DNA of 64,000 nucleotides from Octopus bimaculoides (lineage: Eukaryota): NCBI RefSeq assembly GCF_001194135.2, contig NC_068993.1:47774812-47838811 (forward strand), in the 5' to 3' direction. How positions within the stretch are numbered: position 1 is the first letter of the stretch; each line of letters starts with the position of its first letter. Below the pieces are notes generated by a model, which ran no database searches, had not been told where the DNA came from, and saw nothing but the letters and a program-made list of their open reading frames with translations. Shown in pieces: positions 52,470 to 64,000 of the stretch. A program made the translations under genes and the position numbers.

Positions 52470-53230
52470 TTATTAACTGATTTCGGTATCTTCAATTCCA
52501 TGTGTCTTTATTGGAATTCTTCATCTATAACAATATGCCCTTCCACAAAGTTTGAATTGTCTTTGAAAAATTCGCTCCTGTGCTCACATTTTCACAGTCA
52601 CTTTCTCTTCGTCTGAAGAATGTCCTTTATTGTTCCTAACTAATAGAAGTGGAAGGGGGTCAGACCTCGAGAGTACGGTTGTTGAGGGACAACTCTCCAG
52701 CCCATTCTCCCGATTACCTGATTTGCCGTCAAAGATTGGTATTGTCACAATTTGTCATGGTGAATACGGATCATTTTCACTTTACTGTTTGTTCTGTCTT
52801 TTTTTTTTTTCATTTATGTTTTTAGTGTCACAAAGTATTTATTGCTATTCATTGGATGGCCACATTTCAGAAAACCAGACGGCATTATTTTCTCTGCCGA
52901 TCACTAATTCTTGATATCCTCATCTTTGGGGAAGAGGTCTGACGTATTTTCATCCACTGAGCCTTCATTTCCAGGCAACGTAGATACGGGCAGTTTTCAT
53001 CACTTTTCACTAGATCGAGAAAACTTTAGATCCAAACGCTTCCAGTAGATCGGATAAGTCTCCCATGGAGGTGTGTAGTAACTTCATGAATAATAAATTA
53101 CCTGCGTGCACCAATACATTCATTCACTTCTTGGTCATTTGTATCAGTGGCTGCAAATGATGGTTTTCTACAGTGTGGGTTTTTCTTTCTAAAGAAATAC
53201 TTACGGATTTGATGTTTTAGGATTCAACCC
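52470..53230 (-). mobile_element. Degenerate mariner transposase
   Basis: PSFAATDTNDQEVNECIGARR*FIIHEVTTHLHG (HTH region), FLKCGHPMNSNKYFVTL and QVIGRMGWRVVPQQPYSRGL (resembles GWEVLPHPPYSPDL). Confidence 0.75.
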
Positions 53231-53553
53231 GCCGATAACATAAAAAACACAGTGTGTGTATATGTCTATGTGCGTGCATTGTATATGGATATATATGCAT
53301 GTATAAATAGTGACAGCGAGCAAGAAGAAACGTTGAAAATATTCTCTACATTTTCCTTAAGTTATATGCACTCATTAAATATTACTTTGTATTTCTTACC
53401 TAAAACCTCGATAGAATTGGCCAGAGAGTTGGGGAACTAGAATGAGCGTAAATTAATGAGAGGTCAGATGACTGAACAACGGTTATGTATGATTCTATGT
53501 TAATAGGCGTATGGATGTATATGTATGCATGTGGGTTTGTGTGGGAGTGTATG

Positions 53554-53595
<42 letters not shown>

Positions 53596-54566
53596 CGAGT
53601 GATTGTGTGTGTGTCTGTGTGTATGTGCGTGAGTGTGCGTGCGTGTGAAAGAGAGAGAGTGTGCGTGAGGGAAACAATAGGGCATTTTGATATAGTTAAA
53701 TGTGTACTCATGTGTACTAGGGTATTCATTAGTACTACATGTGTACGTGTGTATGAGCATATATATATATATATGAATATGTGAGTGACTTTCGGAACCC
53801 TGCGTGCATGTATGTGTGTATGTGTACGCGTGACTGAACACATACACATCTGTATATATAATTAACACACAAACATATATATATGCGAAAAGGCAAACAG
53901 ATTCACACGTATATATGTATAAACATACGAACTCATTCATACGTGCTTGCAGCTCAATTAGTTGCTTCTTCTTTGTCTCGCATGATTCATTAACACCCTG
54001 AATCGTCAATTACACATCAAATCTGAAAATACCCAATAACCATGTTTACCTGGACGGTAATAAATCCATGTTAACGTGTTTACACTTCGCTCTACATCCT
54101 CGTTCAGCTGTCAAGTACAGTCACACACATGTAAACGTACATACATAAATATATATATATACACATATATCTGCTATTGTATGTATATATGTATGTACAT
54201 ATATATATATATATATATATANNNNNNNNNNNNNNNNNNNNNNNNNNNNNNNNNNNNNNNNNNNNNNNNNNNNNNNNNNNNNNNNNNNNNNNNNNNNNNN
54301 NNNNNNNNNNNNNNNNNNNNNNNNNNNNNNNNNNNNNNNNNNNNNNNNNNNNNNNNNNNNNNNNNNNNNNNNNNNNNNNNNNNNNNNNNNNNNNNNNNNN
54401 NNNNNNNNNNNNNNNNNNNNNNNNNNNNNNNNNNNNNNNNNNNNNNNNNNNNNNNNNNNNNNNNNNNNNNNNNNNNNNNNNNNNNNNNNNNNNNNNNNNN
54501 NNNNNNNNNNNNNNNNNNNNNNNNNNNNNNNNNNNNNNNNNNNNNNNNNNNNNTATATATATATGT

Positions 54567-54599
<33 letters not shown>

Positions 54600-55559
54600 C
54601 ATATATATACACATTGTCTAGATGCTGAAAACACTCCCTATGCAGTGGCAGGACTCTTTTTCAGAAGAAAACAAGTGGTTATTGGAAAATTCTTCCACTT
54701 GTTTTTCAATACTGGCACTTGAAATTTTGCTACAGCCCTTTCCCATACAATGTTACATGTATTCTTCCATAGACCGATACACTCATACACTGATGTATGT
54801 TTGTGTGCACGTCTGTGTGACTGTGTGATAATGTATGTAAACACTCATACATAGAGTTACTGCCGCGACTCGTCCGATATATAAGGACGCTCTTAGGTTC
54901 CCATACTTCCCTTAGGGGATATGAAATGCCTATACAATACATGTGAATATGCGTATGTCTGCGTATGAATGTGTGTTCTGCATGCTTCTGCACATGTATC
55001 TGCATGTGAATTTTATGCATGTCATGTGTGTGGCTCTATTTGTACGTGCGTTAGCACATATATGTTCGCGGCTGTGTTGAGCGCGGCATGTTTGTGTGCT
55101 TGTGCGTTCATTTATACACGGTGCAAGATTGAATTGATTTCGGGGTGAATCAGGTGACACATCACTAATATAGCGTTCATTTTGTTTGCTAAACTTTCCA
55201 GCTCGCCGAGTGTATTACAAACAGATCGATCTGTAAATAAATCGAATTCGACCTTGTAACCTCATGGTCTTTTATTTCTATTTCGTTTGCATCACAGCAG
55301 AAGAAATATAGATAACGTTTTTTTTCTTTTTGTATTTCTTATGATTTTTCTGATATTTTAATATATTAGATTTCTAGTTCTTAATTTTTCATATTTTTTT
55401 TTTTAAATTAAGCAACACATATTTCTGTCTAGCTTGTTTCCCTATATTTTTACACATCTTCACATTAATCTACGTGTGTATATATATATGTATATATCAC
55501 ACCATCACAGAACACATTCACACACGTAATAATTTATACTAACGTATATATACGTATAT

Positions 55560-55595
<36 letters not shown>

Positions 55596-55692
55596 TATAT
55601 AGATATATGCTTATGTGTGTGTATACACACATATACTATGTATTTACAAACAGATAGTTAGATTGATAGATATATACACAGACATAGGCATA

Positions 55693-55736
<44 letters not shown>

Positions 55737-55775
55737 AATGTGTGTGTGTGTATGTATATGTGTGTGTGTGTGTAC

Positions 55776-56190
55776 CAAAGTAGCTAGTTCTAAAATCTAT
55801 GCACGGGAAGCAAGTAGTAAGTCTACTGAAATGTAACGGTTCAATACGAAACATTGTTACTACTCTTTTCAACCCCATAAGGACATCTCCTTCAGCTGGT
55901 TAACGACACACTATTTGTGTCCATTATATTACAAACGAGGGAGCAAACAGCTCCCAGCTCGCACTGACAGGAATCAATAAACCAGCTGGTTTCTGAGTAT
56001 AACTCTTCGTCGGTATTGTTTATACTTGTCTGCTAGACATGTCAGGTGTTCGTCATAGTTCGACCTGGCGTTAAAAAGAGTAGCAACAGTGTTTCGTATG
56101 GAACAACCACGTTCAGTTGGTAACAACCGTTAGATTTCGGTAGAGTTTCTACTTGTATCTCGTATAGATCTTTTAGAACTAGCTACTTTG
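55776..56190. mobile_element. MITE-like element with long imperfect terminal inverted repeats
   Basis: CAAAGTAGCTAGTTCTAAAA..CAAGTAG..TCTAC.GAAAT.TAACGGTT..ATACGAAACA.TGTT.CTACTCTTTT at 55776-55877 is mirrored at 56066-56190, with a ~23-bp indel. Confidence 0.7.
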
Positions 56191-56444
56191 CTTGCTGTAA
56201 GATCAGCGGTTGTGCATCGCTTTTTATTTAGATATTGTAAACATTTCATTGTGGACTACAACGGTGATTGTGAGCCCATCTTCGAGGCAATGTTCGAGAA
56301 TAGACGCTTTGCCTTCCCCTCACGAAAAAAAAAGTTAGCATTTTTGTTATTGGCTTTGTTGTTGCAGAAGCCAAATAAGCGTTGTCAAATCGTCACACGA
56401 TTGCATTTATGGTATTCGGTAAGATCTCTAGGCACTCAATGGGC

Positions 56445-56820
56445 TTTTTAAATCAGGACTTGTGGGAGATTTCGTATGCAGAACCATGACTAATTTCCAG
56501 AGAACCTAACACATAATCGATGGCCACTCGTCGGTTCTCCAGTATCATCTCACGAACTTGCTAAATCTTCACGTCAGTCGAGTTGGTTGATGGGTGTCCT
56601 GCTCTTTCTTCGTGCTTCGTGCTTATCCCGCTATTCTTAAACTCTTGGATGCACTCATACAGTACACAGTAAAGTGATGTCCTCGTATTGTGTTGAAAAA
56701 CCTGTGATTAATTTCAGCACTTGATACACTTTTAGACCAGAAAAACCGTATCAAAGATCTCTGTTCTTCCCCGGTGGTCATTACTAGCGGAGCGTTCATG
56801 TTCACTTAGTAACACAAGAA
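56445..56820 (-). mobile_element. Mariner transposase N-terminal remnant
   Basis: MNAPLVMTTGEEQRSLIRFFWSKSVSSAEINHR and KHEERAGHPST...QVREMILENRRVAIDYVLGSLEISHGSAYEI match the mariner EQR.VIRFL and R.GRPST...I..NRRVTI.E...L.IS.GS motifs. Confidence 0.8.
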
Positions 56821-56989
56821 TGGATATTGGAGCAACGCAGGTCAAACCTCGGTTACGCAACTGCAAGAAATCCATCATTAGCATGCGATCTTTGCAAGTT
56901 GTGTAGCCAATGTAAAGAAGGTGTTGGTGCAATTTCGGGTTGTTTTTGATCTTCCATCACACCTATGTGTGTGTGTGTATGTTTGTGTT

Positions 56990-57026
<37 letters not shown>

Positions 57027-57469
57027 GAGAGAGAGAGCATGACTCTTTGTATGTGTGTGTAGGTTATTCGTACGACACTGCGGCCTTACTTCCAAACCAT
57101 GTCGCTTTCTATTCGATCCCACTGCGAATCTACATTGACTAACGTATGGACATGGGACCTTTGCAGAAGACAGCAGTACAAATTCACACAATCCCCCCCC
57201 CCACAAAACATTAAGTTTCATGCGTCTGATGCCCTCATGTATACGACAGTATTTTCAAGCGAGTGCATGTAACCATAAAAGTTGTTATTTCACTCGAGAG
57301 AACGCCACAATAGCTACAACAAGAAACAACTCGATTATTTTAAATACTGAGCGAAGATATTGGAGATCGAAAACATTGAAATGAATCTTTAGTAAACGGC
57401 AGCTGATGCAGACAGCACACAAAAATAAACATATGTGTTTATTTGAATGGATATATATGTGTGCATATG

Positions 57470-57678
57470 TCTGTGTAGAGTGGACGCGTCTGAAAGGTCT
57501 AGAGACAAAGACTTTCCTCTCGGGGCAATCTCTCATCAATTTCTTCAAGTATCACCTGAAGAGGAAGGTGAGAGTAGAAAGGGAAGTCTTGTCTAGTGAA
57601 TGCTTCATAAAAAGATGGGTGAATGTAGCAGGGATGGCACGTGTGAACGACGGAGCCATCTTGAGCATAACGCTATGA
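57470..57678 (+). mobile_element. 3' end of an L1/Tx1-type LINE ORF2
   Basis: EWTRLKGLETKTFLSGQSLINFFKYHLKRKVRVEREVLSSECFIKRWVNVAGMA resembles the Tx1/L1 C-terminus (..F...L..K.R.E......F..RW). Family assignment is from memory. Confidence 0.6.
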
Positions 57679-57972
57679 ACTAGAAAAAAATCCAAGAAAA
57701 AAAAATAAAACCGAAAGGCAAAAGAGAGTCACTTACTGTTATAGTTTCTTCAATGAGAATATTGACCAAGGTTACCGTGATCTTTTCTGTAGGCTTTTCT
57801 TTCCACGGCCAAACCTAAACTGTCCTCCCCTCTTTTTACACGAGAACATTACTGTGTGATACACGATCCCTATTGATCGCCTATTTTTTTTCTTTCCCCC
57901 TCCCAAAAAGAAAAGCTCTACATTGTATTTGTCCCATCTTCGTTGAGCCCTGTGTGGCTAATAAAAGAAATA

Positions 57973-58006
<34 letters not shown>

Positions 58007-58052
58007 ACTAACTATATCGACATACATGTATGTGTATGTATATATTTATGTG

Positions 58053-58094
58053 TATATATATGCATTTGCACGCAAACACACACATGCGTACATG

Positions 58095-58131
<37 letters not shown>

Positions 58132-58170
58132 GCACGCATGTGTGTGTTTGCGTGCAAATGCATATATATA
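58053..58170. repeat. Palindrome centred on a (TA)n tract
   Basis: Perfect 37-bp arms TATATATATGCATTTGCACGCAAACACACACATGCGT (58053-58089) and its reverse complement (58134-58170). Confidence 0.95.
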
Positions 58171-58418
58171 GTTATGTATATATATATATTGTTGTACTTG
58201 GGGATGGTCATATTGCCAGTTTAGCCAATAAAAACACACGCACTGTATATTTGGTGTTAATTTTTTTTTTTTCAGCTTTATATTACATTAATCTTAATCT
58301 TAATCTTATTTCGGCCAGAGTTCTTTCGTCACACTTCTGTGACCTCATCAGTGGTCCTTTGTTTCCTTCTTTCTTATGTGTGTCTCACCTTGCTAACTAT
58401 CAGCCATTTTGTATTTTG

Positions 58419-58456
<38 letters not shown>

Positions 58457-58996
58457 GCAGGCATAAATAGACCATAATGAAGATCTACCAACGAAAAATA
58501 ACCACATCTCTCGTGGAAGAACCATTACATCTGAAATGCAAATTACACGTTCAATTGTTGGTGATATGTATATTGCAAATCGACAAAATTTTCCATGACT
58601 TGCAACAATTATTTGGTGAAGGAACATATGATTATTTGAACACTTTATGCTGCGTTTTTTTTTTTACAAGTATATAACTCTAAAATGCAAGTCAACAGAT
58701 CATACTAGCAATGCATAACAAAATCACAAATATAAAAAAGAACTAAACAGCCAAGTGTCAGTTGATATAAAACGTTATTATGTCATATTTGGAGAATCAA
58801 AAACGAAATTGTAGTTGATTGACAGAAGAAATGTAGTAACAATAAAATATAAACTATCTCTCGCTCGAAGAAATCTCAATAGTAGTATTATGAGATGTAT
58901 AATATTTATTTATTATCACCATTGTATTTTAGATTAAATGAGCTATAATACTTCATGTTTTGTGTTTGTGTGTGCGTGGGTGTGTGTGTGTGTGTG

Positions 58997-59218
58997 TAGG
59001 TGAGCTGTCAGAATCGTTTGCACGCCGGGCAGAATGGTTTACACCACTTCGTCCGTCTTTGCGTTCTGGGTTCGAAATTTGACTTCGACTTTTGTTGAGT
59101 TTGCTTTACATGTTGTCGAGGTCGATAAAGTCAGTCCCTGTTGAACACTAGGGTCGATGTAGCAGACTTAGCATGCCACTTCCACAAGCCTGCTGGTCTT
59201 ATGCTAAAATTTGAACCA
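58997..59218 (+). mobile_element. Decayed main-family SINE
   Basis: GGTGAGCTGTCAGAATCGTTTGCACGCCGGGC...GTTCTGGGTTCGAAATT...GGTCGATAAAG. Confidence 0.75.
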
Positions 59219-60404
59219 ATATATATCGTTTGATATGTATTCGAAATAAAACATGCGTATACACGCACATCGCACACACACACACACACACACACATCTA
59301 TATGCGTACATCTGTGCTTTAAGATATATATATATATATATATGAGTTTTGTGTGTAAGTAAGTATGTACAATATATGAATATATATAAGAAATTATAAA
59401 TCTCCATTCTTTTCACGTACGAATGTTAAAGAAATTATAAATTTACATTTATAAATTCATTTAGAATTCTTTGTATAAAACGAAAATTATCCAATTTACT
59501 ATCAATAAATATTTAATATCATAATTTGTTATAGTTTTACAAATGATGTCACTAATAAAGAATCGCTCATAATTCTTCACCTCAAGCTGTTGGATTTAAT
59601 CACATAATCAACTAGAATTTTAATTAGATGTTTAAAAAAACATCATATCATGAAATCGTAATCCATCATATGACAGTTATAGCATAAAGGTTTTCCTATA
59701 ATTTAAACTCGAAATTTACGTCAAAAATATTTCGTACTCTTTGGTACCATTTACCTATGACAAAAATAAAAATTACTTTTATTCATTTCCTTTCTCTTTT
59801 CTTGTTCCATTTTTTGCACCAACCTCCTTCACATTTTTCCGGTTTTTTTTTTCTTTTTAATTATTTTCTTACTATCCAGCGTCCTTTTGTTTTAAAAATT
59901 ACATATAACGCATAAACAGAGCCTAAACGATTGCTTTAAGATACAAGATGTATTTTATGAATACGCTTGTCCAAGTATCTCTTAGTAACTCTTTCAGTTG
60001 CGTGTTTAAAATACATGTATATATGTATGTGTGCGTGTGAATACAGAGATAAAAATTATTTTCCGGTCGCTGTTAGTTCTTTTGTTAACACGTAACCCAG
60101 TACAACCTGTAACACAGTCGGGCTGTCAGCGACTAATACGGCAAATCTACGAAACCTCCTATGTGAGTTGAGTGATTTTCGTTGGATACCCTGCAAGACG
60201 ACAAAACAGAAACACCTCAAAGTAAAGATGAACTTAATCGAGTCAACGGTCAACCAACAGTTGGGTATTAGAGATCCTAGTCATTGCTTAATCATCTCTC
60301 TAGTAGCAGGAAATTCAGAATTAACGCCTGCTTCATTTCGAAGTAAGCATGTATGGGTGTAGAATAATTATCATAGCCTTATGATAATTATCAGTCCATT
60401 ATTG

Positions 60405-60545
60405 CTGAAGATTTGGGTATGAGGCCCATGTCTGCCAAGGTTGTGCCAAAATTGTTTTCAGTTGATCAAAATGACACTTGGGTTTCACTTGCACAATATC
60501 TCCTTCATTGTGTTGAGAACAATGAAAAATGTTTCAGAAAATTTG
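60405..60545 (+). mobile_element. Mariner transposase fragment
   Basis: IIAEDLGMRPMSAKVVPKLFSVDQNDTWVSLAQYLLHCVENNE matches L.EDLGMR.VSAK.VPKLL..DQK..RV. Confidence 0.8.
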
Positions 60546-60594
60546 CGTATGCCACTGAGCAGGTGTCACCAAGCTTTTAACAATATGTGATGCA

Positions 60595-61005
60595 GGTAAA
60601 AGCGGCGACCTGGCAAAATTGTAAGCAGGCCGGTATTTCGTCTCTCGTTACGTTCAAATTCCGCTGACGTCGACTTTGCCTTTCATCCTCGAGGTCAATT
60701 AAATAAGTACCAGTTACGCACTGGGGTCGATATAATCGACTTTCTCCGTTTGTCTGTCCTTGTATGTCCCCATCTGTGTGTAGCTCCTTGTGGGCAGTAA
60801 AGAAATAAGAAACGTTAGCACGTCTGGCAAAATGCTTAACGATATTTCATGTCTTTATATTCTGAGTTCAAATTCCGAGGTTGACTTTGCCTTTCATCCT
60901 TTCGAGGTCGATAAATTAAGTACCAGCTGCGTACTGAGGTCGATATAATCGACTGGCACCTTCCCCTAAAATTTCGGGCCTTGTGCCTGAGAGTAGAAAA
61001 GAATA
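60595..61005 (+). mobile_element. Composite (dimeric) SINE, same architecture as 870-1186
   Basis: Same junction GCAGTAAAGAAATAAGAAACGTTAGCACG at about 60795-60822. Confidence 0.85.
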
Positions 61006-61910
61006 TGTGATGCAAATTCTCTGCTCAACTTTCTGTCATGGTCAATGCGACGAACACACCCTATGCACTTTACCTCCAAGCACCGCTGTAAACAGCGGAT
61101 GTAAGCTAGAACGTTAATAATTAGTGCACATGCACAGCAGAGTTCAATATCAATCTATGCCCAGAGACTTCACTCTGCGTGCTTTAGCTTCGTTACTATG
61201 ACAATAATCCGGGTACTTATTGATCAGGCCAGGTATGCTTAAAAGTACCAGTATTATATCGTCTCTACTTCAGACAAGTACTACCAATACCAGCTTTCAG
61301 ACCACTATCATTAACATCATCGTTAAGGTGATAGTGATATCGTTAATGATGATAGTAGCAACACTCATTACCATCATCATCACCCTCGTCACTACGCAAC
61401 CCCAATAATACCACCACCATCATCATTATCGTCAAGAACAACAGTATTCTGTATAACTCAACTGACAAACCAATATAGGATATATTATTCCAGCAGAGAA
61501 GCCCTTGAACACTACCAGTGAGCGATGCTACATTTCTCTGTCTTTCCTCTCACCTCTCCCCTTCTCCCGCCCTTCTCTCTTTTCTCCTTTTCACCATTTC
61601 TACTACTATGACGTGGCACTCTACTCTTCAGGTGAAAATGAAGAAATTTTGGTGTTTCAAGTACACAAGAACATCATCTGATATGAGATATTTCCTTGGA
61701 GCTGGCTGTAGAGTAGCGGTGGCTGGTGATGATATGGTTGGCTCTTTCTCATAATACTAAGCCTTCGGCCATATTCATTCCGTTGCTCTCCTCCAATGCT
61801 CTGACCTCCTATCACACGCTTCATTTTACAGGTTTATTTACTATCCAACAGACCATCCGACCGAACGATCAACATACCGAAGCATTGTTCACTCTTAATT
61901 TCTACACACG

Positions 61911-62021
61911 TTTTCTTCTTCTTCTTCTTCTTCTTCTTCTTCTTTTTCTTCTTCTTCTTCTTCTTCTTCTTCTTCTTCTTCTTCTTCTTCTTCTTCTTCT
62001 TCTACCTCCTCTTCTTCTTCT

Positions 62022-62056
<35 letters not shown>

Positions 62057-62216
62057 TTCTTCTACCTCCTCCTCCTCTTCTTGTTCTTCTTCTTCTTCTT
62101 CTTTTTCTTCTTCTTTTTCTTCTTCTTGTTCTTCTTCTTGTTCTTCTTCATCTTCTTCTTCTTCTTCTTCTTCTTCTTCTTCTTCTTCTTCTTCTTCTAC
62201 CCCCTCCTCTTCTTCT

Positions 62217-62249
<33 letters not shown>

Positions 62250-62510
62250 ACCTCCTCCTCTTATTCTTCTTATTCTTCTACTTCTTCTTCTTCTTTTTCT
62301 TCTTCTTCTTCTTCTTCTACCCCCTCCTCTCCTTCTTCTTCTTCTTCTTCTTCTTCTACCCCCTCCTCTTCTTCTTCTTCTTCTTCTTCTTCTTATTATT
62401 ATTATTATACTTCTTCTTCTTCTTCTTCTACTTCGTCTTCTTCTTCTTCTTCTTCTTCGTCTTCTTCTTCTTCTTCTTCTTCTTCTTCTTCTTCTTCTTC
62501 TTCTTCTTCG
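61911..62510. repeat. ~600-bp interrupted (CTT)n repeat
   Basis: Directly visible; gives the spurious poly-Leu and poly-Phe ORFs. Confidence 0.95.
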
Positions 62511-62859
62511 TTTCTGTCTCTTCCTTCTTTCTCTTCTTTTTCCTCCTCCTCCTTCCTTCTCTTACTTCTACATCGTCATCTTCCTTCCGTTTCTTTTCCT
62601 TCTCCTGCTCGTCCACCTTTTACACCGTTTTTTTTCTTTCTCCGTCTCCATCTTCCTCTACATCCATTCCTACCTCTTGTCCATCTTCTGCGCAATCGCC
62701 CCCCCCCCGTCGACCACCACCCCTGACTGCAGGAGATATTTGTTTGTAAACCAGCAAGTGCTAGTACATTTGTATTAAAGTCAATAGACTTTTCCGTCAC
62801 AATATCTAATATCAAATTCGATCTAATCCCACATTTGCAATATTCAATGCAATTTTTGT

Positions 62860-62971
62860 TGCTGCTGTTGTTATTGTAGTCGGCTTATTGTTTTTGTTAT
62901 TGTTGCTATTGCTGTTATTATAACAGAAATTATTATTATTAGTATCATCATCATCATCATCATTATTATTA

Positions 62972-63021
<50 letters not shown>

Positions 63022-63170
63022 TTCATTATTATTATCTTTATTCTTATTTCTATTTTTATTATTTCTATTTCTATTATTACTACTGCTACTACAATTATTA
63101 TCAATATTATTATTATTATTATTAGAATTACTACTACTACTACTGTTATTATTATTATTATTATGATGTT
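62860..63170. repeat. (ATT)n / (CAT)n / (ACT)n low-complexity tract
   Basis: Directly visible. Confidence 0.9.
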
Positions 63171-63633
63171 TGTTGTGATCAAGTTGATACCATGCTGGTT
63201 GTTAAATCTTGTTAAATGGAATTAATGACCCGAGGCTGATTAAGTAGGGTTTTGTTTGCGAACTTTGCCGAAATACACATAGAAGTATACATGTCTGCAT
63301 GTGTATATGTGTTTGGAATAGAAATAGAAGAATGAGAAAAAGGGCCGGCGATGGGAACATGCTGACAAGGGGACTAGATGAGGAGAAAAGACATATGTTC
63401 AACATCTAAGGAAAACGAACCCTCTTAAAGGGCTCATTAACATCACACGATCGATAAATGAAAGGTTAAGTTTCATTTACACTGCGGCATGTAGAGAGGA
63501 TGTGAGAGGATTGAAGCCGGTTGGTTAGACAGATCGATAGAATCACAGAAAGAACGTGTATTTACGAAGACACACATCGAGACATATATGTATACGCATG
63601 CGTTTAAACACACATACATATGTGTGTGTATGC

Positions 63634-63670
<37 letters not shown>

Positions 63671-64000
63671 CATATACATATATATATATACGCATATTTA
63701 CGTATATACACGTACACACATACGTATAGACACACATGCACACGCAAACACATATAAATGCATATACACATGCACAAATAGAGGATTCAATGAACACACA
63801 GTGGAACTACTGGACATGAACAAATATATAATGCCTAAACACTGGACATACATTTACGTGCGGACAATACGAAGGTAATACGTCCAGACAAACGGGAATA
63901 AATTGATAGAAACTGAAATTGGATTTTTGTTATTCACTTGTTTTCAGAACACTTTAGCTGCCTCTATATTAATTGAGACTATATATATATATATATATAT

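Noticed and set aside
53102-53150. Minus-strand exon-like segment TDTNDQEVNECIGAR with good splice sites
   Set aside because: It lies in frame within the mariner HTH remnant.
61726-62778. 350-aa Leu/Pro-rich ORF, the longest gap-free ORF
   Set aside because: It is the (CTT)n repeat read in frame; the neighbouring frame gives poly-Phe.

Overview
Eukaryotic, AT-rich, repeat-saturated DNA with 15 N gaps (about 5.1 kb), most abutting (TA)n or similar microsatellites. The repeat landscape (tRNA-derived SINEs with head GGCGGCGAGCTGGCAGAATCGTTAGCACG, dense TA/CA/TACA/GATA/ATT microsatellites) fits a coleoid cephalopod, probably Octopus; this is inferred from recalled repeat families, not a database search. 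I found no long intact CDS, no prokaryotic features and no CRISPR array, and nearly all ORFs in the track are microsatellite or gap artefacts. Recognisable content is decayed mobile elements: many SINEs (several in head-to-tail arrays), Penelope-like GIY-YIG remnants with hammerhead-ribozyme motifs, Tc1/mariner remnants, a Helitron Pif1-type helicase remnant, R4/Dong-type and L1/Tx1-type LINE pieces. A few short segments with good splice sites may be exons of an unidentified gene (low confidence). The most interesting signals are (1) a Penelope-like 3' end with a tRNA-like Pol III head directly upstream of a hammerhead motif, (2) a second hammerhead family with intact stems but a CUGUUGA core, and (3) several near-perfect fold-back palindromes at microsatellites. 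All translations and alignments were done by eye, so repeat boundaries are approximate.
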